Below are positions 21,101 to 31,847 of a stretch of 64,000 bases of DNA, in pieces. The DNA comes from Trypanosoma brucei (taxonomy: Eukaryota), in the NCBI GenBank assembly GCA_000002445.1, contig CH464491.1, forward strand, positions 1,952,001 to 2,016,000, in the 5' to 3' direction. The position numbers and the translations under genes are program-made. Each line of letters begins with the position of its first letter. The first letter of the stretch is position 1. The notes beneath the pieces are model-generated. The model was not told the DNA's origin. It saw nothing but the letters and a program-made list of their open reading frames with translations, and searched no databases.

Positions 21101-21193
21101 TTCCGTATGGTACACGAGGTGGGGACTGTCGTCCATGCTACGCAGAATAACCTGTAGCCGCTCATTGCGCTCAAGGTCCTCTATCCGCCCCAT
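18182..21193 (-). CDS. Exocyst complex subunit Sec15-like protein with N-terminal extension
   Basis: KLCERHYPVFLQAARQC resembles the Sec15 motif CNFHYQGFVDSI. HLETTEARL...IGTAAM resembles Sec15 HLEHTYL...IGETAM. Residues 1-230 form an N-terminal extension containing an acidic SGESEEEEEEEEEDGG run. The first ATG is at 21193. Confidence 0.45.
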   Translation of the reverse strand: MGRIEDLERNERLQVILRSMDDSPHLVYHTEGPLRIHRHGRKKKVLLAATPFYLYLLKVKGMRFYARWPNIRLTASLRDNVLLIESDTNFEETENGAGGAVVNGKNASGDDFRSVMLFGTAFVDLREVEQRLMELTCDARLRAEQLAKDEIQSVSMRELYADEKAVTSKDPDSGESEEEEEEEEEDGGPVWGQGQQQRAALSRQRDGEQSSLFQKAPSRYLAVTSIVDGEFTDYSTLKNAYIRNEEDVLLEDIATFINENKGQVEKLCERHYPVFLQAARQCTSISEDDAKLVGQELSGAIELVRSSAMDMKVAAAELTLSRRVKDNVARVRLLLHGALEVAEHLETTEARLRQQQLLGAVVSLKQLLQMATPLIEYTLGDYVINQRVPQIAHEIFTCAIQHLNAWLKLLREMSLPIGTAAMTWRGTVDPGSVEKELHMTDEGEWWVELSCTSAFIRRAPFAEAEGISKVLRGAAMQEVFEELRCGAYYRNYYIDCRAQQAKLDLYDTPLHTEGVSGKALVEDLNTYCATALGFILIEDIVYHVTDPHMQSTAEVLCMWDQISHAIAERARCVTSALANDPDYTEHVVDVFRLLRRFVNIAVDSVVSVRLSPVIVSRMLEVMSDSIISTWLQEACVEASQIVSNDTLQPISVGTDEEYNAYVKRFSFDRYKDIELFIPSGDLSAGEVVLPYALLVPKIGETALRFLARCHSIIEVNNGAVARQSEFNNVDEMLLKYLSVLFRTVAGVMQGHLASVEGNAMMKLAVYVTSCAVMPIILSCVEQQFVLAWPGDYGGLHRRKKLGEPQLLDSSSSLFAKEVQNGIGRLLPSFMREVEERLKPTADVNHWKRLVAVRQGTVSHSVESGVGTVFSGDEVNVENGGLIAAMDFIIGTIPKLLAVLQVSVTRSVLSTVITQAAITAQMNIEQAIHAGIGDGGSSDLTELRACVKEFEQICATHIPQWKQRIAASISEMTVAHRFPLNPTQIADDLLAWIANKEAALKRTL

Positions 21194-21526
21194 TTCTTCC
21201 AACTAAGGGTTTTCAACACAAACACGAGCGACCCTGTTCAAAGGAGGGCAAGGTGTGAGAAGAAAATTTACGAAGGTAGGGTCACATAGCCCCTGAACCA
21301 AAACAAAGTAGAAGCAAAAATAATGAAGTATCTTTTTTTTCTATGTTGTACCACAATCATCACCGTGGTGCTGGATCACATAGCGGTCCTCTATGTATAA
21401 GGTTGATCTCCCCCAGGAATTTGCCCAGTGATGCCATTATTAATCTACACTGGTGCCCAGCCGTTGCTCGCTACCTGCACCACGTCCTTTTGATTTCCAT
21501 ACCACCAGGGAAATAGGGGTCATCCA

Positions 21527-23620
21527 CTAGCCTGTACAGCAGCACCGAGTCTTCTGTTTGCGCCGCACCTCCGCCGCGGGATGTTGTTCCGTTTCTGCAT
21601 TTCTCTGATTTGCAGGAGAAACACTAGGCTCCACACCTACTGAAGGTGAAGATGGCGGTGGTGCACGAGTGATGGAAGGATTCAAATCGCCCCTGATATC
21701 AATAACGGCATCGGGGCCCTTTGAACGCTGAGTACAGCTGTCAGAAACGCTCATGGCAAGTGGACCGTCCTCAGTCAGCCCATCAGGAGCACTGACTCGG
21801 CGTGTTCGTAGAGCCGCAGAGTCCTTTGAACGTGTTGTGCGAGTGGACGAATGACTTCCTCTGCGCCTGCTACCCCGATGCTTGCCGTCAGAAGCTTTTG
21901 ACCGCTGCGCCTTTGGTCGCGGCGCTCCTGACGCATGAGAGGGGCTGCGTGAGGGTCCCTCAACTAAGCTGTCAGGGGCAGTTGGCCGAGGTCCCTTAAC
22001 TTCTGAATTATATACGTTTTGAGCGATATCAGCGGTGTGACCATACGGTTCCGTCGAAGATGAGACATGGGCACCTACATTATCTGGTCCGCCATGTTCC
22101 CCAGAGGACCAACGCCAACTGTTTCGCAGAAGACTTTTAAACTCATTGGGTTCAACAACTAGTGAAGTTCGCAGATACCAAGGCGCAGTGCTCAGTGCAG
22201 TGGGTTGGGGGTTCGCAGTTTCATGCCCTAACATCTGAGATGCTAATTTGCGGCACCGCTCACTTTGTTGATTTAACATCAACCCCGACTTCATTGGATA
22301 GTCCACATTATCCATATTTGTGTCGTGCCCCGTACCACTAGTGTTGGTTCCTGGTATAGGGTTTGTTACATGCACCCGTATAGGGGGGCCAGCTGCCGCT
22401 TTTCCGTTCTTTGCGGAACAAATGCCATGCAGGTCTATAAAGACGCAGGCGGAGGCACCGCGTGGTTGTTCCGCGGTTGTAGCGGCGTTAAGGGGCTCTG
22501 TGGGACTACTCTCCGCTGCACTTGACACACTCATTACGGAAGGTGCAGCACTCCCAACATTCCTCTGCTCCTTTGTTCCCTCCCTCTCCCTTTCTTCGTT
22601 CCGCGCTTGATCTTTTTGTTCTTGTTGCTCGCCGGGCGCCGGTTTCGTATCAACCTTCGAATCACCTTCGTCTCTCTCTGTTTCACCCACCTTCATCAAG
22701 GGACGTGGCTCCCTGGGGGATCGAGGGGAGGACATACTTGACAAAGTCCCACTGAGACAAACGGGGCTTGAGACACCACATGACAAAGGGGCTTGTTCGT
22801 TCTCCTGTGCTCGATTGGAGTGTGTGTCATCGGATTCAACGGTTTGACCTGGGGCAATGCTTTCTACCTCCGTCCCTGGTTCCGTCTGTACACCGGTGTT
22901 ACAAACAAAGGATTGCCGTCTACTGGTCCCGATTCCCAACTGCTGCCGCTGTGCGGCCTCCTCCAGTAGCGACCTTAATGCCTCTTGAACGGGTGATGGG
23001 ACCGTGTAAGGCAGGGAGGGAGAGTATAAAGGCTGGAAACGCATAACGGGAGGCGATGGGTAACTCGCGGTCCCCATAGAGCGCTCGGGTGCCGGAAAAG
23101 TAATTTTAAGGGCACCCGAGCGCGGGGTCTCTGCTCCCTTTGAGGAAGGAACATACACGCAAACACGATTCATGCCATTCACCACTTCCACTGGCTCGCA
23201 AGTGACAAATTCGTCAAGGTTATTTTTCTCCGAGTTCCCTGAGTTACTGCTTCCAGCCGCCGATAATGGAGTACTTTCATTTTCGTTGCCCCTTTCATTT
23301 GGTGGAAATGGCGAACGCAGCATACGGCTGCGTGGCGTGGCATTCATATGGTTTTGCGTTGTCCTAATTTCTCTCTCAAACATTGGAAACTCAACAGGAG
23401 GCGATCGTATTCCCGTGCTCAGCTGGCGCCTTCTTCCAACACCGCTTTGCATGAGAGAAGACGTACAGCAGGAAACCGACGACCCACGTCTCACCAAGTC
23501 CTCATCATTGCCGTAGGGTGCTCTAATATCTTGACTCTTAGGCCCTTGCATACTCATAATGGACGACATTCGGTCATGAGTGCCCACTCCCTCGAACTGC
23601 TTCCCACGATACCGTTGCAT
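21527..23620 (-). CDS. Hypothetical Ser/Pro-rich low-complexity protein
   Basis: A 697-aa uninterrupted ORF rich in S, P, T and R, with no recognisable domain. The C-terminus ends ...KTRCCCTG. The first ATG is at 23620. Confidence 0.5.
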   Translation of the reverse strand: MQRYRGKQFEGVGTHDRMSSIMSMQGPKSQDIRAPYGNDEDLVRRGSSVSCCTSSLMQSGVGRRRQLSTGIRSPPVEFPMFEREIRTTQNHMNATPRSRMLRSPFPPNERGNENESTPLSAAGSSNSGNSEKNNLDEFVTCEPVEVVNGMNRVCVYVPSSKGAETPRSGALKITFPAPERSMGTASYPSPPVMRFQPLYSPSLPYTVPSPVQEALRSLLEEAAQRQQLGIGTSRRQSFVCNTGVQTEPGTEVESIAPGQTVESDDTHSNRAQENEQAPLSCGVSSPVCLSGTLSSMSSPRSPREPRPLMKVGETERDEGDSKVDTKPAPGEQQEQKDQARNEEREREGTKEQRNVGSAAPSVMSVSSAAESSPTEPLNAATTAEQPRGASACVFIDLHGICSAKNGKAAAGPPIRVHVTNPIPGTNTSGTGHDTNMDNVDYPMKSGLMLNQQSERCRKLASQMLGHETANPQPTALSTAPWYLRTSLVVEPNEFKSLLRNSWRWSSGEHGGPDNVGAHVSSSTEPYGHTADIAQNVYNSEVKGPRPTAPDSLVEGPSRSPSHASGAPRPKAQRSKASDGKHRGSRRRGSHSSTRTTRSKDSAALRTRRVSAPDGLTEDGPLAMSVSDSCTQRSKGPDAVIDIRGDLNPSITRAPPPSSPSVGVEPSVSPANQRNAETEQHPAAEVRRKQKTRCCCTG

Positions 23621-24411
23621 CACTCATGCGGTGGCCTTTACCCTACGATTTGTTAGCTTTCAAGCATTTTTATGTGTTTCACGGAGGAAGCGGAGTGGAT
23701 TATGTTCCGGAGTTCACACAGCCAAGAAAATTGCGGTTTCACCACGAGCGCAAAGCTCATGAGTACAAAGATGCTGAAGGGAAAACACCAATATATAACT
23801 AACGAAAAGCAGTAAAGGGGACCGAGGGGGGGGTGTGCGGCGAGCTGAAAACATCAAAAAGAAAACACATGGCTGGTCGGAGGAAGGCGGCGGAGAGCAC
23901 CGCAACCTTTTGCCGCTCGCGAGAGTCTGACAAACAAAGGGAGCAATAAAGAAAAAAACAGAAAAGGAGGAAAGGTGGAGAACATGGGAGAAGACGAATG
24001 TGCGCATCCCGACAACTGAATGTCACTTCCCAATCCCTATACACACGCGTGCACACGCACTCACCTACGGTAATCTCCTTCCCTCTCCCCTTGCCCGACC
24101 TCTCCTCATGCGCTAGATTGCCTTCTTTATCCGTCTTCATTTTGCCCTGCTTTGTTTGTGTGGGCATGAGTCTTCCCTTCTTTAGATATAGCTCTACCAC
24201 CGCTCCACTACGATTCTTTGTAATTTTCCAACTGTTGACACCATACTTCCATAATAAAAGGGTTGAAGCTAGGGCGCACCAGAAAGCAAACAATAACATT
24301 TCCAATGAACAGTCGAACAGTGGGAAGAAAACGGTGAATAGGGAAGGAATGACCAGATTAAATTTTCCGGACGACTCTCTACCCCACACTTGGTAGAACC
24401 ACCTCCAGAAT

Positions 24412-25353
24412 CTACGAAGGTGTTTCTGGTTCCATCCAAATACGGGCACGGAATGTCTTGTACAGATCCCGTACGAGCACCCTGAAGTCGAGCCGCTGAT
24501 GTGCGCGATAATAAAAGGTAAGCTTTTTTCGGTCAAATTGATATTCCGCATCAACAATTAACATGGATAATCCGTGCTCTTCCACTTTCTTCTGCGCCAC
24601 TTCGACCGCACGGTCCTCCAATTCAGTCTGCACACCTTGAAGCTGCGACACCTCCAGTGCACTAGCCACACGTAATACACGGCCAACGCCTTCCGCCCAC
24701 TTCTTTTCGCCGCCGCAGTCCCGTTCGTCATGTGCCCATGTTCGCGTGACGAGTCCAATATCCTCACCACGGTCACCGCCCACTACTACATACTCCCCGG
24801 GGGAAACATACGTGGGGGATTCGAACTGGAGGACGCGCATCCGCTTAAACATGACAATGACCTGGCACGGGGCACTGTGATTCTTGGGTGGGGACCGGTT
24901 ACGTCTGTCCTCTGGGATTAGCTCGGGCGTGGGCCGTTTGCAGTCCTCGTCCCCAAGCACAATATCCCCGACATGGCCCTGCCATAGGGAGGGTGTTCCT
25001 TGATTTGTGTTGCCGTTGGTGCCCCGTGCAGCGCCAGCCACCTCGTCTATAATGCGGTCGTAATTCACTGTCGCGCGACTCACCGGGGGTGAGGCCATAG
25101 ACGGTGTGGCGCGCGACTTATCCTCAATGGCCACAGTTGGCCGGCTTGGAGTCACCATAAGTGAATCAAGGAGCTTCGCGTTGCTGTCCTCGTGGTGAGG
25201 ACTCACAGCAGTTTCATTGAGTAGGTCCTCAAGGCAATTAAAGCGACGGTCAACAACACCACGCGCGGTTTGTAGGCGCATGAGGCATTGGACGTACCAT
25301 TCCTCGACCAACCGCCTGGTTTCTTCGATGTCCTTGAGAATTGTTGCGGCCAT
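24412..25353 (-). CDS. PSP1 C-terminal domain protein
   Basis: C-terminal block VIVMFKRMRVLQFESP...GEYVVVGGDRGEDIGLV...LIVDAEYQFDRKKLTFYYRAHQRLDFRVLVRDLYKTFRARIWM matches the PSP1 C-terminal conserved region. The first ATG is at 25353 (MAATILKD); the track starts at TTG 25425. Confidence 0.6.
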   Translation of the reverse strand: MAATILKDIEETRRLVEEWYVQCLMRLQTARGVVDRRFNCLEDLLNETAVSPHHEDSNAKLLDSLMVTPSRPTVAIEDKSRATPSMASPPVSRATVNYDRIIDEVAGAARGTNGNTNQGTPSLWQGHVGDIVLGDEDCKRPTPELIPEDRRNRSPPKNHSAPCQVIVMFKRMRVLQFESPTYVSPGEYVVVGGDRGEDIGLVTRTWAHDERDCGGEKKWAEGVGRVLRVASALEVSQLQGVQTELEDRAVEVAQKKVEEHGLSMLIVDAEYQFDRKKLTFYYRAHQRLDFRVLVRDLYKTFRARIWMEPETPS

Positions 25354-25789
25354 AAAAACCGTTTTGTTTGAGTCCCTCCTCGCTAATTTGACGCAATACA
25401 CCGCCAAACTGGGAAACGACAACAATGTCCAAATAACGCAATCGCAGTAACCTTCTGCTCCTTAGTTTCGTGCCGTCTTAGAGACGGGGAAGTTTCTTCT
25501 GCCACCAGGTGAAACGGTAAGAAAAGCGTAAAACGCATCGATACACCAAACAAATGGAGATAGAATGAGAACAGTTACAAGAAAAGCACAGTCAGTTGTA
25601 GACAAGAGGGAGGAAAAGAAAGAAGAAAGATTTGGAGAACGTAAGGTAGCTATCGCTACATATGCGCTCACTGCTTCAAACCTCGCATTCTTTACTACCA
25701 CATTCGAAGTGCAGGAGTTCATGCCGCGGAGAGGGGAGAGGATCAAGTGTAGGCTACAGTAAATCTACCACACACGCGGAAGCGGAACG

Positions 25790-26635
25790 TCACCAAACAA
25801 CAAGTGGATCCTTGTCAACGGTAGAGGTGATGACGCTCACCTCTTCACCCATAGCTTTCTTTAATTTTGGTAACAGCTCACTACTCAGGTACCCACGTTC
25901 CGTGTTACTGTGTTCACATAATATCACCGCCTGTCCCTTGGCGTTGGCCGCGAGGACTTCGTGATGGCCCATTTCCCCGGCGAGAAGCACGTCTACGTGT
26001 TCCTTCAACCCACTGAAGACGCTACCACCACTTCCTGCACAAATGGCCACCCGCTCCACAGGTGTGTTTCCGGTCCAACAACTTGGCAGCGAAACCCGCA
26101 CAGTTGGAAGGCCTAACCCCTGTTTAATGTCCTGCACCAACGTATGTATCTCTTTGGGTCCGCTTAATGATACGATACGACCGATTCCGACCGTCGCATC
26201 AACTTTACCGCAATTTTTGTCTTGCATATAAATTTCGCAAGGCCGAATGGGGTAACATCTTCCCCTAGCATCGACAATGGAGGCGAGCCAATCATTTATA
26301 CCTCCTGAAACCGCATCCAATGAAGTGTGGGGAGAGTAAATGGAGGCTCCATGGCGTATGGTCTGCAGTATTATTTTCTGCTTGGGATCTGTCAGTGTCA
26401 GCCGTTTAAACGGTGTGAAGATGGGCGGGTGGTAGGCGATGATAACCTCAGCATTGTGGCGCAAACACTCTTCCATCACCTCAGGGGTGAGATCGATCGT
26501 CAGCACAACAACGCCTGAGTTGTTGCTCATGGGAGACTCCACCAGAACACCAACGTTATCCCAAGATCTATCAGCAAGGTGAAGTGGGGCGATCTCCTCC
26601 ATTACCCTTGCTACTCGACTGATAAGAGAAGTCAT
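25790..26635 (-). CDS. NIF3-family (NGG1-interacting factor 3 / DUF34) metal-binding protein
   Basis: Family hallmarks SWDNVGVLVE, AYHPPIF, SPHTSLD, AGEMGHHE, CEHSNTERG. Start trimmed to ATG 26635. Confidence 0.8.
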   Translation of the reverse strand: MTSLISRVARVMEEIAPLHLADRSWDNVGVLVESPMSNNSGVVVLTIDLTPEVMEECLRHNAEVIIAYHPPIFTPFKRLTLTDPKQKIILQTIRHGASIYSPHTSLDAVSGGINDWLASIVDARGRCYPIRPCEIYMQDKNCGKVDATVGIGRIVSLSGPKEIHTLVQDIKQGLGLPTVRVSLPSCWTGNTPVERVAICAGSGGSVFSGLKEHVDVLLAGEMGHHEVLAANAKGQAVILCEHSNTERGYLSSELLPKLKKAMGEEVSVITSTVDKDPLVVW

Positions 26636-27175
26636 CTTTTTTCTTAGTACTTTCTTCTTTTTCTCTTTCAACCCCCGTAAGGGACCCAAACACGTGTGCG
26701 CAAATGGTGTGGACGCAGGAACCAGCAGGGAATTTTTCTTTTTCTAAAAGTCTCACACGAATGCAGCACCACGCTGGAGTCATGCAAAGCAAATAACGAA
26801 GGGTCAAAGATGGGCAAGAACACATCCAACAGGCACAACCACAATCCGTACATGTATCCCTACACCCCCACACATGTAAGTATACCGCCGACCGTGTTTA
26901 AAAAAAAAATCACAGCAAGCACGTGTAACACGGATACGAAGTGAGTGTAGGTTGACAAAGATCATGACACGGTACCACCTCAATCAGCAATCATCTTCCC
27001 CACCGATAACGGAAATAATGGGACTCCAATTATACAAAAATGCACACGCTCGCGCGCGCAGAAACAGAAGTTGTGAGGAAGAAACGCCGGGTTTGCTATC
27101 ACTCCTCATGATAATCTGAACAAAAAAAAAAAAGAACAAGTGGATGACCCCATCCGCAGTCGTGAATTAGTAACT

Positions 27176-27188
27176 GGGGGGGGGGGGG
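27176..27188. repeat. G13 homopolymer
   Basis: ggggggggggggg in the intergenic region between the NIF3 and kinase genes. Similar G8-10 runs occur at about 11650 and 17990. Confidence 0.85.
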
Positions 27189-28267
27189 AACAACTAGTTT
27201 TTTTTTCGTAATGGCCCTCAGAAGCCCTTACGGCGGCCCATAGGGCGCTGGAACAAACCAAGAAAAGCAACATGGAAGTATAAATACACCCTCAAAAACA
27301 TGGAAGACCTACTTCACTATTGAGGGTCCCCGACCGTCAGTTACACAACTTTAGTAGAGCAAAAGTGACGACCTCGGTCGGCCCGTGCGCGACCGGGCCT
27401 AGCACATCAGAGCCACTGTCAAGACGAGAGACGCTTATACAAATACAAATGGTGTTATCTCCTCCCTCTCCCTCTCCCTCACAAAAACAACAACAACAAC
27501 AGCAGCACACTAACTTTAAAAAAAAAACATATCCACACGGAAAAAGTGAGCCCCTCTACCGTACAGCCATGTGACCGGCGCTCGAAAACTCGAGGAGGCT
27601 GAAAGGTTTAGCGCAACCCTCCTACCGCTTTCCGATCCCACATATGCTTCTGAAAACACTACAAACTGTTCGGCATTTATATGGGAAACGACAGGGTTAG
27701 GGTTAGGGGCGGTGCTGCGCTCAAGTTGTAAGGTGGTGCACGTTTTTGCGATTCAGTAGCACCACTAAAGTGAAAATAAAATAAACTAAAAGATCAACTC
27801 GAAGAAGAACAGCCGATAACAAAGGCAGATTCCGCTGCGGCAGGGCATTACCTTCACTCTGCCTCTCACGATGCTTATTGCGGAGAAGTCACAGAAAGGA
27901 ACCGTTTTTGCGAGCAAAGGAGCTGAATGAACGGGGGAATGAAGCGGAACAAACGGATTCATTAGCATGCTGCATCGATGGCAACTATCACCTGCTTTTA
28001 GTGCCAAGTACCCGCACAGTGTTGTAACACACGACTTCCTCACCAACGCCACTGCAATCACAATAACAGGTCCCGCAGAAGGAAGGCGCCCTTTAGGTCA
28101 TCACTCCCCGCACAGCAGTGCGTTATTCACAACGATCCAAACATATGAGCTCTCCACTGCGAGTCCGTTCTTCATACTCCTACTAGTCCACCCTTCCCTA
28201 ATTTCCTTCACGTATAATATATCCATCCTCTTCCATTTTGTTTCTGCCTATGTATATGCGTATGTTC

Positions 28268-29464
28268 CTAACGAGTGCGTTTCCGTTCCAAAAGGCGATA
28301 CGTATTGCTTCCAGGGAGTGACACTTCCTCCGGCTCACACGGTAGCGGCGATGTGGAAAACCATGAGTGTCCCAAAAGCTGGGAAGCGCTTTTCCTCGAG
28401 TTGGGCTCAAGCTGCAGCATCTCTCCCAAGAAGTCTATACTCTCATTACTCATGTTCACCATCCTACACCGTTCCTCAAAGTTCCTGGGTTGCCTCTTCG
28501 ACGGCCGTAACCGTGAACCACCAGCTGCACCATAGTACACTTCGCTTCTACTTGACGGTGAGCCAAGCATGTCAGTGATGGCCGCCAGCGCTTGCTGTTC
28601 ATTTCTAGCGTTGCTAAAAGCCTTGCCTCCGGTCAACATCTCATACAAAATACAGCCCGCTGACCATATATCAATCGATGAGTCATATTTAAACGAGCAC
28701 TGACCCCCTAGAAGAATTTCCGGAGGTCGATACGTGACCACGCACGGTGGACCCGTCAAACGTCCTTGCCACCTACGCGGCACGAACCGCGCCCAGCCAA
28801 AATCAACAATCTTCACTACCCCGTTGTCATCTAGCATAACGTTACTAGGTTTCAAATCGCGGTGAATAATGTTCCGCCTATGCAGGTACTCCAAACCACG
28901 GAGCAGCTGGCGAAAGACGCATTTAACCGTTGGTAAGGGCATGCGACCCAGGCTGGACTCGCCCCGAGGCCCCCTCATCTTCCATATGCGGATAAGGGAT
29001 ACTAGATCATGGGAAACGATGGGCATGCACATGTGAAGCATCCCATCTGACGTCAGATAGTAGTCGATAAGACGGACAACGTTTGGGTGGTCGATTTGAC
29101 TGAGTAGAATTACTTCGCGAAGGGTGGGCTGTGACAAGCTTCTCAATGCCGGCCCCGGTTTACCTAGCAACTCCATGCATTTTACCGTTAGATACGCTTT
29201 CCTCTCCGTGTCGTACACAATGAACACGCTGCCAAATGATCCCCGTCCGACCCTAATCACCCGCTCGTAACGTTTCCACAGTTCTTCCGCCTTCCAGATA
29301 CGCAAACCGCATGCTCCTTGGTCTAGTTGCGTCATCCAATGCGCGTAGCGATCTAGTATAGTGCGGTTAAATGCTCCGACACTGTTATCGTACGCATTGT
29401 CTGTGATACCGTTCCTTGTAAGCTCGCCATGTTCCTTTGCTTCACTATCTCCCTGCTGCTCCAT
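28268..29464 (-). CDS. CMGC-group cdc2-related protein kinase (CRK-like)
   Basis: Glycine loop VGRGSFGSVF, PSTAIRE-like PTLREVILL, catalytic loop HRDLKPSNVM, DFG in DFGWAR, and DIWSAGCIL. Confidence 0.7.
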   Translation of the reverse strand: MEQQGDSEAKEHGELTRNGITDNAYDNSVGAFNRTILDRYAHWMTQLDQGACGLRIWKAEELWKRYERVIRVGRGSFGSVFIVYDTERKAYLTVKCMELLGKPGPALRSLSQPTLREVILLSQIDHPNVVRLIDYYLTSDGMLHMCMPIVSHDLVSLIRIWKMRGPRGESSLGRMPLPTVKCVFRQLLRGLEYLHRRNIIHRDLKPSNVMLDDNGVVKIVDFGWARFVPRRWQGRLTGPPCVVTYRPPEILLGGQCSFKYDSSIDIWSAGCILYEMLTGGKAFSNARNEQQALAAITDMLGSPSSRSEVYYGAAGGSRLRPSKRQPRNFEERCRMVNMSNESIDFLGEMLQLEPNSRKSASQLLGHSWFSTSPLPCEPEEVSLPGSNTYRLLERKRTR

Positions 29465-30034
29465 CTATACTCGGCAACTTCTGAACAAAATATATGAGCC
29501 GAACACACACGGAAGTACATGAAAACAAGGGGGATGGATGTGCAAATCAAGGAAGGGAGGGGCAGAGAGGCGAAAGTAACTGAAAGGACGTTCGCGGGTT
29601 GCCGAATGTGGGGGCAGTAATGTGATACAAGAATGTGCATGTGCCTGCGGAAGGAATTGATAAACAACAACAACATGAGCAAATATATTTCAAAGTTAGT
29701 AGAGCTGTAAAACAAATACAGGTGAGGTAAGGATGGCCTAACAGTCGTAAGCTCCCTCAGTAGCCAAAATGGTCACGGCTCCTGACACGGCAACCAACCG
29801 TGCCCTTACACGAATGTGCATAACTACCATTCGACGCAGGCTGGCCCTCAGCATACAATGGTCCCAATGCTACTAGTCACGGAACTAAAGGAAACAAAAT
29901 GTGGCACCCCCCCCCGTTTCCCTACCGCTGCCCCCGAAGACCCCTATTATTTAATTTTCACTTACTGACCCACGCTCACACCCGCAGAAATAGATTATTC
30001 GTATAAACACGTAAACCGCTTGTAATTGCTACGG

Positions 30035-31474
30035 TCACTCCCCCTTGTCGGGTGTCGTTCCCTCCGCCTGAGCGTTGTTCTCAAACCTTATCATCTCAAT
30101 TCCCATCATGTACGGGCGGAGTACATCGGGTATAACAACACCTTCCTCCGTCTGATAGTTCTCGCAAATACAGCACATAGTGCGTGTAATAGCACACAGA
30201 GTGCCATTCAGCATGTGACAGTACTCCTTCACATTCTGAGCGGCTGTACCACGCAGGTTTGGTCCATAACGGCAATTCACGCTTTGTGACTGGTAGTCGG
30301 TGCAATTGGAACATGACACTAGCTCACGGAACGCCCCAGACGCAGGGAACCAAGCCTCCAAATCGTACTTCTTTGCTGCGGCGTTGTTCAAAGCACCGGA
30401 GCAAATGTTAACGACGCGGTATGGCAGGCCGAGGCTCTTGTTAAATTCCTCAGAGGTTGTAATCATATCCTCTAAGTGGCGCCACGACTCCTCCTGCCGA
30501 GGTGAGCACACGACAAACTGCTCTATTTTATCAAATTGGTGCACTCGGAAAATACCGAGAGTGTCACGTCCATGAGCGCCAGCTTCCTTTCGGAAACACG
30601 TGGACATTCCGGCGTATTTCAAGGGTTCCTTAAGCTCCGTGAACCACCTTCCCCGGTGGTACGCGGCGATTGGCATCTCGCTGGTGGCGATCAAATACTT
30701 TTTGTCTCCGTCCCCAGATACCTGGTATAGCTCCTCGTCAAATTGGGAAAGCTGCGCCACCTCGCCCATGACGTCCCTGTTCAAGAAAAAGGGAGGATAG
30801 AATGGTGTGTAGCCCCGCTTGACGAGAAAATCAAGACTGTACGATACGAGAGCCACCTGCAGCTGAACGAGTCCGCCCTTCAACACGTAAGAACGGCCAC
30901 CTGCCATTGAGGTAACTGCCTTTGAGGTGTCCATCATACCAAGTCGCTCCATAATTGACACATGATTAAGCTTTGCCCGCTTCGTCGTATTCCCGAAGGT
31001 GCGCACCACAGTGTTACCAGTTTCTTCATCCTGTGCTATTGGCACTGACTCATGCAAAATGTTACCCACGTTAAGCATGAGTTTGTCCCGCTCCTCTTCC
31101 AGCTGTTGTGCTTCTTTTGCGAGGCCAGCCACTTGATCCGACAGGTCCTTCGACAACTGTTTCAGCTGCAGGACGCAAAGCTGCTCGACCTGTTCCCCCT
31201 TCAGCGTCCCATTTTCATACGCCTCCTTCACTTGCGGTGGGATCTCAGACGTATCACCATCGGCTTCCTTTGCTTTCTTTTTTGCTCCCACAGCTTTGCT
31301 GCAGATGTTGATCAGCTTCTTACTGGCCTCAGTGAGGAACTGGGTGCGGCGCCATTTTTTGTCCGCCTCTATAATAGCGTCAACAATGTCAGGATCGGCA
31401 AAACGGCGGCGCTGCGACTCGCGTATGATATTTGCACCCGTCTCGTCTCGAAACAGCTGTATATCAAGCACCAT
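30035..31474 (-). CDS. SerRS: Seryl-tRNA synthetase
   Basis: N-terminal MVLDIQLFRDE...RRRF, a coiled-coil arm, and class II motifs (FRVHQFDKIEQF; YDLEAWFPASGAFRELVSCSNCTDYQSQ). There is a C-terminal extension. The first ATG is at 31474. Confidence 0.9.
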   Translation of the reverse strand: MVLDIQLFRDETGANIIRESQRRRFADPDIVDAIIEADKKWRRTQFLTEASKKLINICSKAVGAKKKAKEADGDTSEIPPQVKEAYENGTLKGEQVEQLCVLQLKQLSKDLSDQVAGLAKEAQQLEEERDKLMLNVGNILHESVPIAQDEETGNTVVRTFGNTTKRAKLNHVSIMERLGMMDTSKAVTSMAGGRSYVLKGGLVQLQVALVSYSLDFLVKRGYTPFYPPFFLNRDVMGEVAQLSQFDEELYQVSGDGDKKYLIATSEMPIAAYHRGRWFTELKEPLKYAGMSTCFRKEAGAHGRDTLGIFRVHQFDKIEQFVVCSPRQEESWRHLEDMITTSEEFNKSLGLPYRVVNICSGALNNAAAKKYDLEAWFPASGAFRELVSCSNCTDYQSQSVNCRYGPNLRGTAAQNVKEYCHMLNGTLCAITRTMCCICENYQTEEGVVIPDVLRPYMMGIEMIRFENNAQAEGTTPDKGE

Positions 31475-31847
31475 CAAGACGTTAAATTAAAAACGCACCG
31501 TCAATGTAGTTTAAAAAAAAATGAAGGATAGAAAGGATGCCCTCTAATAATTCGAATGCTTTTCAGAAAATGACCCCTATTTTTTTTGTGTGGCGAACCA
31601 TAAAAAAAGAAAATGGACAACATAAAGAACACGGTAATCTGATATTACTAGGTGCAAGAGATACGCAACGTACATCGGGGTATTACAAGTGCCTTCACAA
31701 AAAAAATAATAATGATAATTGAGGTGGTGCTCTGCACGGAGTGAATGCATTCCAGAAACGGTGACCTCGCTTTCTCACTGTAGCACCCGCATAGGCAAAC
31801 TTCCGCCCGACCTATGTACATGGATTTTTTCTCCCTCTCCCCCTGGG

